64,000 nt of DNA, taken from the IMG/VR virus record IMGVR_UViG_3300025168_000053, positions 16,262 through 80,261 of that record. One strand, given 5' to 3'. How positions within the stretch are numbered: the first letter of the stretch is position 1; each line of letters starts with the position of its first letter. The notes under the pieces are model-generated. The model saw nothing but the letters and a program-made list of their open reading frames with translations. It made no database searches and was not told where the DNA came from. The position numbers were made by a program, and so were the translations under genes. Of this stretch, positions 1 to 8,584 are shown piece by piece. The DNA is from a virus.

Positions 1-29
1 AGCGGGATGTCGCTGCGGATAAGAAAAAT

Positions 30-260
30 ATGGAGAACAACATGATGAATGATCCAAAGAACTTTGGTAAATCAAAGGATGTTGTTTTTGACACTTCATG
101 GGATTTGATGAAGTTTGGCGATTGCCCAGTTTGTCTTGGCGATCATATGGCTTGCCCTACACCTGATGTTCCAATGTCAGCATGTGGGACTCGAAGAAAC
201 GCAATTAAACACATGATGCGAGGCAAAGGTGGAAGACCCCCAATGATCCTCCGCCAGTAA
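30..260 (+). CDS. Accessory protein (probably 5'-truncated) carrying the FxxxWxxMK tag followed by a small Cys-rich domain
   Basis: Frame is open back to the window start. VFDTSWDLMK (87-113) is followed by CPVC..C..C. Confidence 0.6.
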   Translation: MENNMMNDPKNFGKSKDVVFDTSWDLMKFGDCPVCLGDHMACPTPDVPMSACGTRRNAIKHMMRGKGGRPPMILRQ

Positions 261-273
261 GGAGGGATAGACG

Positions 274-1854
274 CTGCCAGAAATCTTCAATCCAGGTCAT
301 CGGCCAAGTTCGCCTTTGTTCCCAGAAGAACTGGTATATTGTAGCGTTGATGACGTTGCCAATTTTCTTCAACTGCCCCTCCCCGATCCAGTGGCACTAT
401 CTGGCGATAGCATCGTTGCTGGTGATAATTTGAAATTGCCAATAACTGGTGCAAATTACAGGCGTTGGAAAATTGAGAAGGACACCTCAATTACTGTTTA
501 TGATGATGCAAATGCGCTTGGCGATACCTACACTGTATTGACCGTTGAAAGCGGCAGTAGTGGCAACGTCAATGTCATTGTTGAGCAAATAGCCAGCGAA
601 ACATATTCCACCGCCAATGGCGCACAAATACAAATCAATTCGGCATTAACCAATAGCAAAGAACGTGGATTGACGAAATCACAGGTTGAATCACTTATCC
701 GTGAAAAGCAAGATTACATTGATACCGTGTGCCGTATGACATGGAGGCCGCATATTGCTTCTGATCAGTATTACAATTTCACCACCTTCAAACCGTATAG
801 AAGACGGTATTATACTGATTATGTGGGTGCTGTTTATCTTCGACATAGGGCAGTTCAAAGAATCCTTCGTTTGAGCGTTTGGCAAGGCGACAAATACCGA
901 GAGTTGGGTTCGTCAATTGCTAAGTTTGAAGTTAAGCATAATTCAATCACCGCTACGGATAAGTTGTTCCTATGCCCTGGTGTGCCTCATACGGCTACGC
1001 TGGAACGTGGAAAGACTTTGACTACGTGGGATGGGGATTTTGGGCATAAAACAACCGCACAGAACATTGCGAATCTCATTAACAAAGATACGGCAACTTC
1101 ACGTGGAGATATTGCGATTGGGACTTTGACTGAGAATAGCAAACAACTCAATGTGGATAATGAGTATTTGGCAACGGCCAATAGTGATGAAGGAGATGGA
1201 TTTGTCACTATCTCATCTATGCGTTCAACAGAAGAAGGTGAGGATTCAACCATTGCTACAACCAATCGAGAGGCTTTTGAGTTCTCATTGGTGCATGACC
1301 CTGAAAGCGCAATCACTAATGTTGATGGATCGAACTTTACCGTTGCTAATGGAAGCACCTTTAGCGAAAGAATAGGGTTGGTTTTTTACACCAAATCGGA
1401 AACAACTTATGTTGCTCGATGTAGCCGTTTGGCGAATGTATTCACTGTTCAAGCCGAGTTGGTGGCAGGTTTTACATCAAATCTGGCAACTGATATTGTA
1501 GTGAAGCAATTGCGATTCAAAACCGACATCATAGATGAAGCCCGTCAAAAGGATTGGTGGGCTATGGAGGATAACGGGGCAATCATGTTCAACAATCAAT
1601 ATCCGTTCTATGAAAACCATTCAATCAAAGTATCATACATATTTGGAGAGCGATATTTGGATAAGGTCATTAAAGAGGCTTGCATCAAAATGGTTTGCAT
1701 GGATATATACCTCACTGATGATTATACAGTTCTTTTCCCAGAAGGAACAAGCAACATAGACTTGAATACAAAAGTGCAAAAGTTGGATGAAGAAGTCAAG
1801 CGAATGTTAATTCCTTATCAAGAAACAATCATTGTTGCAGGGATGGGTGGTTAA
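274..1854 (+). CDS. Virion neck / head-tail adaptor-like structural protein
   Basis: First gene of the neck-tail block. N-terminal YCSVDDVANFL and C-terminal VSYIFG..IKEACIKMV resemble gp6/gp15-type adaptors. Start placed at CTG 274, after GGAGGG and an in-frame TAG at 268; the track start is TTG 316. Confidence 0.6.
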   Translation: MPEIFNPGHRPSSPLFPEELVYCSVDDVANFLQLPLPDPVALSGDSIVAGDNLKLPITGANYRRWKIEKDTSITVYDDANALGDTYTVLTVESGSSGNVNVIVEQIASETYSTANGAQIQINSALTNSKERGLTKSQVESLIREKQDYIDTVCRMTWRPHIASDQYYNFTTFKPYRRRYYTDYVGAVYLRHRAVQRILRLSVWQGDKYRELGSSIAKFEVKHNSITATDKLFLCPGVPHTATLERGKTLTTWDGDFGHKTTAQNIANLINKDTATSRGDIAIGTLTENSKQLNVDNEYLATANSDEGDGFVTISSMRSTEEGEDSTIATTNREAFEFSLVHDPESAITNVDGSNFTVANGSTFSERIGLVFYTKSETTYVARCSRLANVFTVQAELVAGFTSNLATDIVVKQLRFKTDIIDEARQKDWWAMEDNGAIMFNNQYPFYENHSIKVSYIFGERYLDKVIKEACIKMVCMDIYLTDDYTVLFPEGTSNIDLNTKVQKLDEEVKRMLIPYQETIIVAGMGG

Positions 1855-2127
1855 ATGCTCTTTCTTTTTATGGAGATGTATATGAAAGAACTATCAAAGT
1901 CTTTCAAGGACATAGCCCGTTCAACTGAGGCTGCTATCAAAGGCGAATCGGATTATCGAAAACAAATTAAAGATCGTGAAATTAAAATGGCTGAAGCCGA
2001 TAGTGATAGCATTGAGATGGATGATGAAGAAATTGATAGAAACGTATCTATACTTGCAGAATCAAGCCCTTACAAGAGAAAGGTTGATGAGGATTTGAAA
2101 CGCACTTTGAAAGCGATGAATAGGTGA
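1855..2127 (+). CDS. Hypothetical protein in neck module
   Basis: 90 aa ORF abutting its neighbours. Confidence 0.6.
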   Translation: MLFLFMEMYMKELSKSFKDIARSTEAAIKGESDYRKQIKDREIKMAEADSDSIEMDDEEIDRNVSILAESSPYKRKVDEDLKRTLKAMNR

Positions 2128-2133
2128 TAATTT

Positions 2134-2571
2134 ATGGCTAAAGATGCTTTGTTTGCTATTCGAGATTTGTTGGACTCAAATTGGAATATCTCGCCAAAAC
2201 CTTCTATTGAGGATATTGCAGTATTGGATCGTGGCGAAGGTAAAAGAGGCCGACTTCAAGATCACGATGTCATCCGACTTTTTGAAACGGCTCATAACGA
2301 GGCGCAACCAGAATTGCTCTTTGATTTTGTAAATATAAACGTCAATTTGACGATTGATATTCGCACCGTCAAGAGTCGAGAGCGTCTTGCCGCCCTCCGT
2401 GACGAGGTTCGACGCATCATTCATAAGCACAGAAAGGGCAACAATACCGACTTTGATAGGGTTATCTTCAAGACGAGAACCGATTTGTCGGACCGTAGTA
2501 AGAGGTTCTTTCGATACACAATGCAAGCCGAAGTGATCACGTTTGCTGATGCTTTAGAAACAATAACATGA
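2134..2571 (+). CDS. Putative tail terminator / tail completion protein
   Basis: 145 aa, directly before the major tail gene, GGTGA SD. Call rests on size and position. Confidence 0.5.
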   Translation: MAKDALFAIRDLLDSNWNISPKPSIEDIAVLDRGEGKRGRLQDHDVIRLFETAHNEAQPELLFDFVNINVNLTIDIRTVKSRERLAALRDEVRRIIHKHRKGNNTDFDRVIFKTRTDLSDRSKRFFRYTMQAEVITFADALETIT

Positions 2572-2581
2572 GGAATGAAAA

Positions 2582-4771
2582 ATGGTTGGAACGATATTCA
2601 AGGGTGACGTAGCCGAAGTGTCATGGGGCAAAGAAACAGGATTGATGGCGACTGGCACAGGTTCAGCAACAGGATGGACTCACACCTCTAAATCGGGCAA
2701 TACAAGCCTCATCACCATTGGAACAGCCAATTATTGGCATACAGGAAGTGGAAATGATGTTGAAATCCCAGACAATGCTCTTGTTGGCTGCATTATGAGA
2801 ATTACAGGTGGAAGTGCCTTCGCATTAGATGACCATGCTTCAACAAAACGCACGTATTATGTGATTGCTAACGATACTACGGCTGGAACAATTACCGTTC
2901 AACCCTCGCTTGTCACCGCAGCAGGTGGATCTTCACACGCCGCCACAACCGATTTGCTTATTCTTGATTCACTACGATCTCCAACTTTTGAATCGGCTAT
3001 GACCGATGCTGCACAGCAGGTTAAGACTGATCAGTTCTTTGGACTTCTTGACAACTTCTCTCTCCCTGAGCCTGAGATTGATGTTCGCAAACAACACATC
3101 ATCGGCATGGGTCGAGATGTCAATGTTTTGACAAGTGGCCGTGAAACGCTTGCTGGCGGTTCTTTCGCCCTTAACGCTCACACCCTTCGGTGGATGAAGT
3201 ATGCGCTTGGAGGCCATGTAGCAAAGAGCAAAGGCGAGTTTGTCACGCTTTCCGATGGCTCAGGCGGCATTACAGGCGGAGAACAACCGCTTAACATCAA
3301 GGCCGCAACTAAAGTGTATCAAGCACAGCAATACGGAACAGCCGACACCGATACCCTTAGTGCTGTTTCATCAAGCACTTTGACAGGAACAAGCAGTTTG
3401 GTTTCAGGTGATCATGTTCTTGTTGGGGCAAAGACCAACACTTCAACAGATGCAGCAAGTATAATTACACTTCTCACAAACATTGCCGCCGACACTCACG
3501 TATCGGTTGATACTTCAAATGGAGGCATATTCAAAACCCTAAGCAACACAGGCGATGTTTTGTTTGGGTCATATACAGGCATTGACGCACTAAATCTAAC
3601 AGGGGCGGCAGATATTGATACTGGCGCATTAGCAAGAGCAGCAGCATCAGGGAATACCGTTTATCTCCTTGCCCCTCTTACTGCCGTCATATCTCGAAGA
3701 GATGTTCGAGTAAAGGTTGGTGCAACAATACGGGCATTATTCACAGCAGGTGATTATATCCAAATCATTGACAAAGATACGCACACTATTCCTGGTCAAG
3801 ACGACACCTTGCCGACAGTATTCAAGAATGAGATTCGACGGGTTATTGCTGTTGATGGTGATTACGTTTATGTCGAAGAACCGTTCTTTTTCGCTCACGC
3901 TGTTGGATCGGCTGGTGTTGAAAGACTTCAATACACCGCAACGGATTTAAGAGGAAGTCCAAACATTGATGCAACAACAAAAGAACTCCAATTCGGCGTT
4001 GAACACACCCTATTTGGTGACACTTCTCTTCCAACATTTATGATTGAGCAATCATTCCGCAGGGATAACGCAACACCTGGTTCTAATCAGTTGCTACGCC
4101 TTTACAATGGATGCAAAGTTCAAGGAATCTCCTTTGCAGCAAATACTGAGGGTGAAGTTAAGTTGCAGGTTGATTATGAAGGTGGCCGACACTACACAGA
4201 TACGGCAAATGCGTTCACGCCTCACCGCATGTTTGAGAATACTGCAAACACAGCAATTAACAGGAAAGCATCTGGAATTGCAGTTAATGGAGAGAAGCCA
4301 TACCTATTCCAAGACTTGAACTTTGAAGTCTTTGGCCGACCTGTTCTAAGAGCATCACAGGTTGATTTTACCATCGCTAATGGGAATCAAGCACGACACT
4401 TTATTCGAGGGTATGAAGGGGCTACAACCGATTCAGATCAAGTTCAACTTGGTGCAGTTCAAATGCCTCTTGATATTACAGAAGCACAGCGAGAATACAC
4501 CTTTTCCTTTACTGCCATGATCGAAGATGACCAACTTTGGGAACAGATTCGCACACGCAAGCATCATCAAAACACAAACGACATTACATTGAGCATGAAA
4601 AAGCGTGGAAGCAGTAGCACACGTGAAAATGCAACAATTACAATTGAGGATTATACCATCATTAAGGCCGACCATCAAATGCCAGAAGACAAAGGGGCAG
4701 TTATGGTTCAAGTCGAACTGGCGGTCCGACACCTCAAAGTGACGGAGAACTCGCCTTATTTCACGCTTTGA
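2582..4771 (+). CDS. Major tail tube protein with inserted beta-rich domains
   Basis: Lies upstream of the chaperone pair and tape measure. Tube-like segments (LPEPEIDVRKQH..GGSF; YNGCKVQGISFAANTEGEVKLQVDY; REYTFSFTAMIED) are separated by Thr/Gly/Ser-rich inserts. Confidence 0.7.
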   Translation: MVGTIFKGDVAEVSWGKETGLMATGTGSATGWTHTSKSGNTSLITIGTANYWHTGSGNDVEIPDNALVGCIMRITGGSAFALDDHASTKRTYYVIANDTTAGTITVQPSLVTAAGGSSHAATTDLLILDSLRSPTFESAMTDAAQQVKTDQFFGLLDNFSLPEPEIDVRKQHIIGMGRDVNVLTSGRETLAGGSFALNAHTLRWMKYALGGHVAKSKGEFVTLSDGSGGITGGEQPLNIKAATKVYQAQQYGTADTDTLSAVSSSTLTGTSSLVSGDHVLVGAKTNTSTDAASIITLLTNIAADTHVSVDTSNGGIFKTLSNTGDVLFGSYTGIDALNLTGAADIDTGALARAAASGNTVYLLAPLTAVISRRDVRVKVGATIRALFTAGDYIQIIDKDTHTIPGQDDTLPTVFKNEIRRVIAVDGDYVYVEEPFFFAHAVGSAGVERLQYTATDLRGSPNIDATTKELQFGVEHTLFGDTSLPTFMIEQSFRRDNATPGSNQLLRLYNGCKVQGISFAANTEGEVKLQVDYEGGRHYTDTANAFTPHRMFENTANTAINRKASGIAVNGEKPYLFQDLNFEVFGRPVLRASQVDFTIANGNQARHFIRGYEGATTDSDQVQLGAVQMPLDITEAQREYTFSFTAMIEDDQLWEQIRTRKHHQNTNDITLSMKKRGSSSTRENATITIEDYTIIKADHQMPEDKGAVMVQVELAVRHLKVTENSPYFTL

Positions 4772-4775
4772 TGAT

Positions 4776-4786
4776 GAGGCTTTAAG
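4776..4786 (+). promoter_or_regulatory. TATA-like promoter GAGGCTTTAAG for a leaderless transcript
   Basis: TTTAAG ends 25 nt before ATG 4812. Same motif and spacing at 44648-44658(-), 48342-48350(-) and 59335-59343(+). Confidence 0.55.
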
Positions 4787-4811
4787 ACAAAAGAAAACAA
4801 CGGTGAATACA

Positions 4812-5168
4812 ATGCGATTAACGGGAACTGTGAATGTTGATGGAAAGCGAGTAAGTTTAGATTGGCGAATTGACGGCATATCTGTCAAGGCTGGACCAGG
4901 GCTATCAGCCGATGATGTCCGAGTTCATACCTCAATTCCCGATTTGGCGGCATCTGTTCGTGGCGCACCTGCGCCTCTAAAAGAAGTCGAAACAAACCGA
5001 TGGGATGCAATGACTGTCACCGATCTTCGAGTCGAATTAACAAACCGAGGATTGACTGTATCTGGTAAAAAGGATGAACTGATTGCACGTTTGCTCGAAT
5101 ACGATGCCGAACCTGTTGAAGAAGAAGTTGTTGAAGAAGGAGAGGATGAGGATGAGCAATCCGAATAA
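4812..5168 (+). CDS. SAP-domain DNA-binding protein
   Basis: WDAMTVTDLRVELTNRGLTVSGKKDELIARL matches the SAP/HEH motif; acidic tail. Confidence 0.8.
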   Translation: MRLTGTVNVDGKRVSLDWRIDGISVKAGPGLSADDVRVHTSIPDLAASVRGAPAPLKEVETNRWDAMTVTDLRVELTNRGLTVSGKKDELIARLLEYDAEPVEEEVVEEGEDEDEQSE

Positions 5169-5511
5169 TCCCTTTGTATTAAGCAACAAACCTCAACGCC
5201 ACGAATTAGAAACCCCAGTTGGTTTGTTGGTTGTTTATGTCAAACCCTTGTCTTGGGTTGAGCAGCAAGAGGCCATGTCACAATTCGTTTCATTCAAAAC
5301 AGGAGAAGATGGAGGACTTGCGCCGAACATTGATTTGGGCGGTTATTGGAAATATGTCTTGACGAATTGTATTCAAAAGACTGAGCCAAACCTCAGCAAA
5401 AAAGACCTTCTCAATCTTACGCCAGAAGTAGGGGCTGTTATCAAAACAGTTCTCCCAGACCTCAATGAAATCATCGGACAATTTGCGGCTGGTGTAAGCC
5501 CTTTGGATTGA
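5152..5511 (+). CDS. Tail assembly chaperone (lambda gpG-like)
   Basis: Between tail tube and tape measure; GGAGG upstream of ATG 5152; slippery heptamer before the stop. Confidence 0.7.
   Translation: MSNPNNPFVLSNKPQRHELETPVGLLVVYVKPLSWVEQQEAMSQFVSFKTGEDGGLAPNIDLGGYWKYVLTNCIQKTEPNLSKKDLLNLTPEVGAVIKTVLPDLNEIIGQFAAGVSPLD
5499..5505 (+). other. Putative -1 ribosomal frameshift site C CCT TTG
   Basis: XXXYYYZ heptamer in the correct codon phase; the -1 frame runs directly into ORF 5508-5870. Confidence 0.6.
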
Positions 5512-5870
5512 CTTACGAGGATTTAGTTTCATTCCTCGATGAAGATTTAGATGAAGATGAGCGACCCGATCTCAATGTCACTCAGGCAACAATACTTTCT
5601 TATCAAGCAATCACTTTTGGTCTTGGAACTCATTTTGGTTGCCCCCCTCACTTTTGGGATGATCAACCACCAGACCGTGTTATGCTTGATTACATGATTA
5701 TGCGAGCAGCAAATGAAAAGAAAGCGGAGATGCTTGAGAGAATGAAAAAACAGGCTGAAAGGCAAATGAAACACGGAAGAGGCAATAAGGGGCAACCTAT
5801 ACGCACAACGAGCGATGGCGACTCTTTAGATGATTTCTTTGAGCGACATAATCAAAAAGTGATGGAGTGA
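5508..5870 (+). CDS. Tail assembly chaperone, C-terminal (gpT-like) part of a frameshift fusion
   Basis: -1 frame relative to 5152-5511, only a TTG start, immediately before the tape measure. Confidence 0.6.
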   Translation: MTYEDLVSFLDEDLDEDERPDLNVTQATILSYQAITFGLGTHFGCPPHFWDDQPPDRVMLDYMIMRAANEKKAEMLERMKKQAERQMKHGRGNKGQPIRTTSDGDSLDDFFERHNQKVME

Positions 5871-5874
5871 TAAA

Positions 5875-7302
5875 ATGTCCGATGAGATGAATAAGTTTCT
5901 ATCGGCACAGTCCAAGTTGAACACCCTTGCGAAAGAACAGGGTAAATCAATGAACATTCTTAACATGAAATACAAATTGATTAACAAAACATTAGGTCCA
6001 TTTTATCGCAAGTATGTTGATTTGAAAAATACTGCTGAAACCGTAGTGGATGTTTTTGAAGAGGTCGGTGCTTCGACTGAAAAATTGGCTAAGGCAACCG
6101 ATCTTCTTCTAAAGCCAGTGACAGGAGTTTTGAAAGCATTCACCCAAATAAACACAATTATGATTTTTGTTTTAGGCGCATTTGCATTGGTTGGTGCGGC
6201 TATATTTTTACTCACCAAATCATTTGGAGGTGGTGAATCGGCCTTTGCCGCTTTCGGAATGGTTGTTGAGGCAGGTAAAGGTGTCATTGAGGCTTTTATG
6301 GGTGTTGTAAGTGCTGTCGGAGATGCGGTGGGCGGTATTGACTTTGAAGGGTCGGCAGGGGTGTTTATACCAATGTTAGAAGGTATTTTTGTATTCCTTT
6401 CAAACATCCTCACCTTGTATCTTACTTTCATTGGTGCGGTATTGACTGGAATTGGAGATATTGTCACACGTATGGATGAAGCGGGTATGTTTCAAAGGAT
6501 CGTGGATGCCTTCGGAACATTCTTTGGTCTTGTCGGCATGGCTTTAGGAATCATAATGGATGCGTTTGATGATACAGGAATTACAATGGATGATTTAATT
6601 TCAGGTATTGAGAACGCTGTAAATGGATTTGTCAATTTCTTGTTCAACAGTGGACTCATTGAGTTTGCAGTTCAAGTGATTGAATACGTTGCGGTGTTTT
6701 ATGGCGTATTAGCAGTTGTTATTGCTTCTGTTATTGCACTTTTCATCAAGATTTGGGGAATTGTTGGCCCCCCATTGGTTCGATTTGTTAGTGCGTTTTT
6801 CAGTTTCCTTGAGCCAATTATTCGGATTGTGACGGGAATAATCGGACTAATTATGAATGCAATTATGGGGCTTATTGGCTGGCTTGCGCCATATTTTGAG
6901 GATGCGATGGATGGCCTAATGTATATCCTTGAGCCGATTCTTGACGTTATCACCACGATTATTGATGGGGCTTCGGAAGCACTTTCATTTGGAGGCGATC
7001 TATTGGGCGGTGCTGCTGATTTCATGGGCTTTAATGACGGCGGAGTAGCAAGTGGACCGAAAAGCGGCTATCCAGTCACACTACACGGAACGGAGGCAGT
7101 TGTCCCTCTTCCAGATGGTCGAACAATCCCCGTATCAATCAAAGGCGGCATGGGGGGCGGTTCATCCACCAATACCAACATTACAATCAATGTAAGCGGT
7201 GGAGGGAATGCTAAAGAAATCGCAAAGGCCGTCAGCGATGAAGTAAGTAAAGTCATGAGAAACCGTTCAAGGGGCGGCAACTTCACAAGAGGGGTGATTT
7301 GA
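5875..7302 (+). CDS. Tail tape measure protein
   Basis: 475 aa, long amphipathic/hydrophobic helical repeats, C-terminal FNDGGVASGP..LHGTEAVVPLPDG typical of tape measure ends. Confidence 0.85.
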   Translation: MSDEMNKFLSAQSKLNTLAKEQGKSMNILNMKYKLINKTLGPFYRKYVDLKNTAETVVDVFEEVGASTEKLAKATDLLLKPVTGVLKAFTQINTIMIFVLGAFALVGAAIFLLTKSFGGGESAFAAFGMVVEAGKGVIEAFMGVVSAVGDAVGGIDFEGSAGVFIPMLEGIFVFLSNILTLYLTFIGAVLTGIGDIVTRMDEAGMFQRIVDAFGTFFGLVGMALGIIMDAFDDTGITMDDLISGIENAVNGFVNFLFNSGLIEFAVQVIEYVAVFYGVLAVVIASVIALFIKIWGIVGPPLVRFVSAFFSFLEPIIRIVTGIIGLIMNAIMGLIGWLAPYFEDAMDGLMYILEPILDVITTIIDGASEALSFGGDLLGGAADFMGFNDGGVASGPKSGYPVTLHGTEAVVPLPDGRTIPVSIKGGMGGGSSTNTNITINVSGGGNAKEIAKAVSDEVSKVMRNRSRGGNFTRGVI

Positions 7303-8583
7303 TTGCCAAAGATTCAATTGATACGAAGGGATAGCACTATCATAGAACTCGAAGCAACAAGCATCGGCATTTCGATCCAACGCAACGTTTTGGTTCACCC
7401 TATTCCTTTGTTGGCGACACGTGCAGCGTTGGACCTTAACCAACCTCAAGTTGGCATTGTTATTGATGGAATTATTACCGATGATGAAGAAGCAAAAGGG
7501 GCTTCGGCTGCTGAATTAACTCTTGATTTATCCCTTGCATTTGGAAATGCAGGTGCAACTTCATGGTATCTATCCGCCCTTCCAAACGGATTCGCATTGG
7601 GTGGCGGTCTTGGCGCAAATTGGCCTAACATCAAAACACAAATCCATTTAGCAACAATCAAGTTTCAAACCAAAGGCCAAGTTGTGGCTGGACTGGGTGA
7701 AGCAAATGAAATTAGGCTGTATAATGGCAGTTTAGCGAATACAGTTGCTACAAAAAGCGTCATCAATGTGAACGTTTCATCCACCACCAACACATCAACG
7801 CTTTCAACGGCCATTGTAAATGCTTTGAATGCGGCAAGTATCAAAGTTGATACTGCAACCGTATCTCTTTCATCCCATGTCACCGTTTCAACCAAAGCAG
7901 GTCAAGCGGCGGCAGTATCATATCAAAATCAAAACGGTTCAATCGGAACATACTCGAATGAAATGATTTCAATAAGAAACGTTCAAACAGGAGAATTAGG
8001 CAATACGATTACAAACGTGATGAAACAAAGTGGAACGAGCAATACCTCATGGGAGAAGCAATTCTTTGTCACCAATATGACTGGCGGTGTTGATGGAATA
8101 CAGATGACACGTGGAGATAAATTACAAGACCTCATCAACGCTGTGACAAATCCAAGTGCTGGTGGTGCTTTAATTAGTCCACAGGTATTGACTGGATCGG
8201 CAATTGACTTGCCAGATTCTATTGCTTCTTTTGATTCAGCGCAATTTTTACGCATAGATCAAGCAAAGTCTGTTAAAAAATACATTGTAGGAGTTCGCAT
8301 CCCCTATGAATCGCTTGTTTCATCAGCATCAGGCAACAGGGAATTGAGGCAATTCTTGATACCTGCTGGACCAGGAACCGACCATTCGGCAATATCGAAT
8401 ACTGAATCTTATGACCCAGTGGATATTATCAACAACAAGGCAGTTCGCCCAAACCCGTTTTTGAGGCAAGGTGTGGCTATACCAGTTGTTGTTCAATCCT
8501 TCGACCCTGGTTATGAAGCGGGTGATTCGGTGTGGACTTATCAAATCAACCTCGCACCAGTTGAACAGTTGGTGGGGTTGTGA
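7303..8583 (+). CDS. Distal tail / baseplate hub-like protein
   Basis: Directly follows the tape measure; beta-rich; GGTGA SD before TTG. Confidence 0.55.
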   Translation: MPKIQLIRRDSTIIELEATSIGISIQRNVLVHPIPLLATRAALDLNQPQVGIVIDGIITDDEEAKGASAAELTLDLSLAFGNAGATSWYLSALPNGFALGGGLGANWPNIKTQIHLATIKFQTKGQVVAGLGEANEIRLYNGSLANTVATKSVINVNVSSTTNTSTLSTAIVNALNAASIKVDTATVSLSSHVTVSTKAGQAAAVSYQNQNGSIGTYSNEMISIRNVQTGELGNTITNVMKQSGTSNTSWEKQFFVTNMTGGVDGIQMTRGDKLQDLINAVTNPSAGGALISPQVLTGSAIDLPDSIASFDSAQFLRIDQAKSVKKYIVGVRIPYESLVSSASGNRELRQFLIPAGPGTDHSAISNTESYDPVDIINNKAVRPNPFLRQGVAIPVVVQSFDPGYEAGDSVWTYQINLAPVEQLVGL

Positions 8584-8584
8584 A

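Noticed and set aside
6003-7286. Antisense ORFs over the tape measure, and similar shadow ORFs throughout the track
   Set aside because: Opposite-strand shadows of well-supported genes with no motifs of their own
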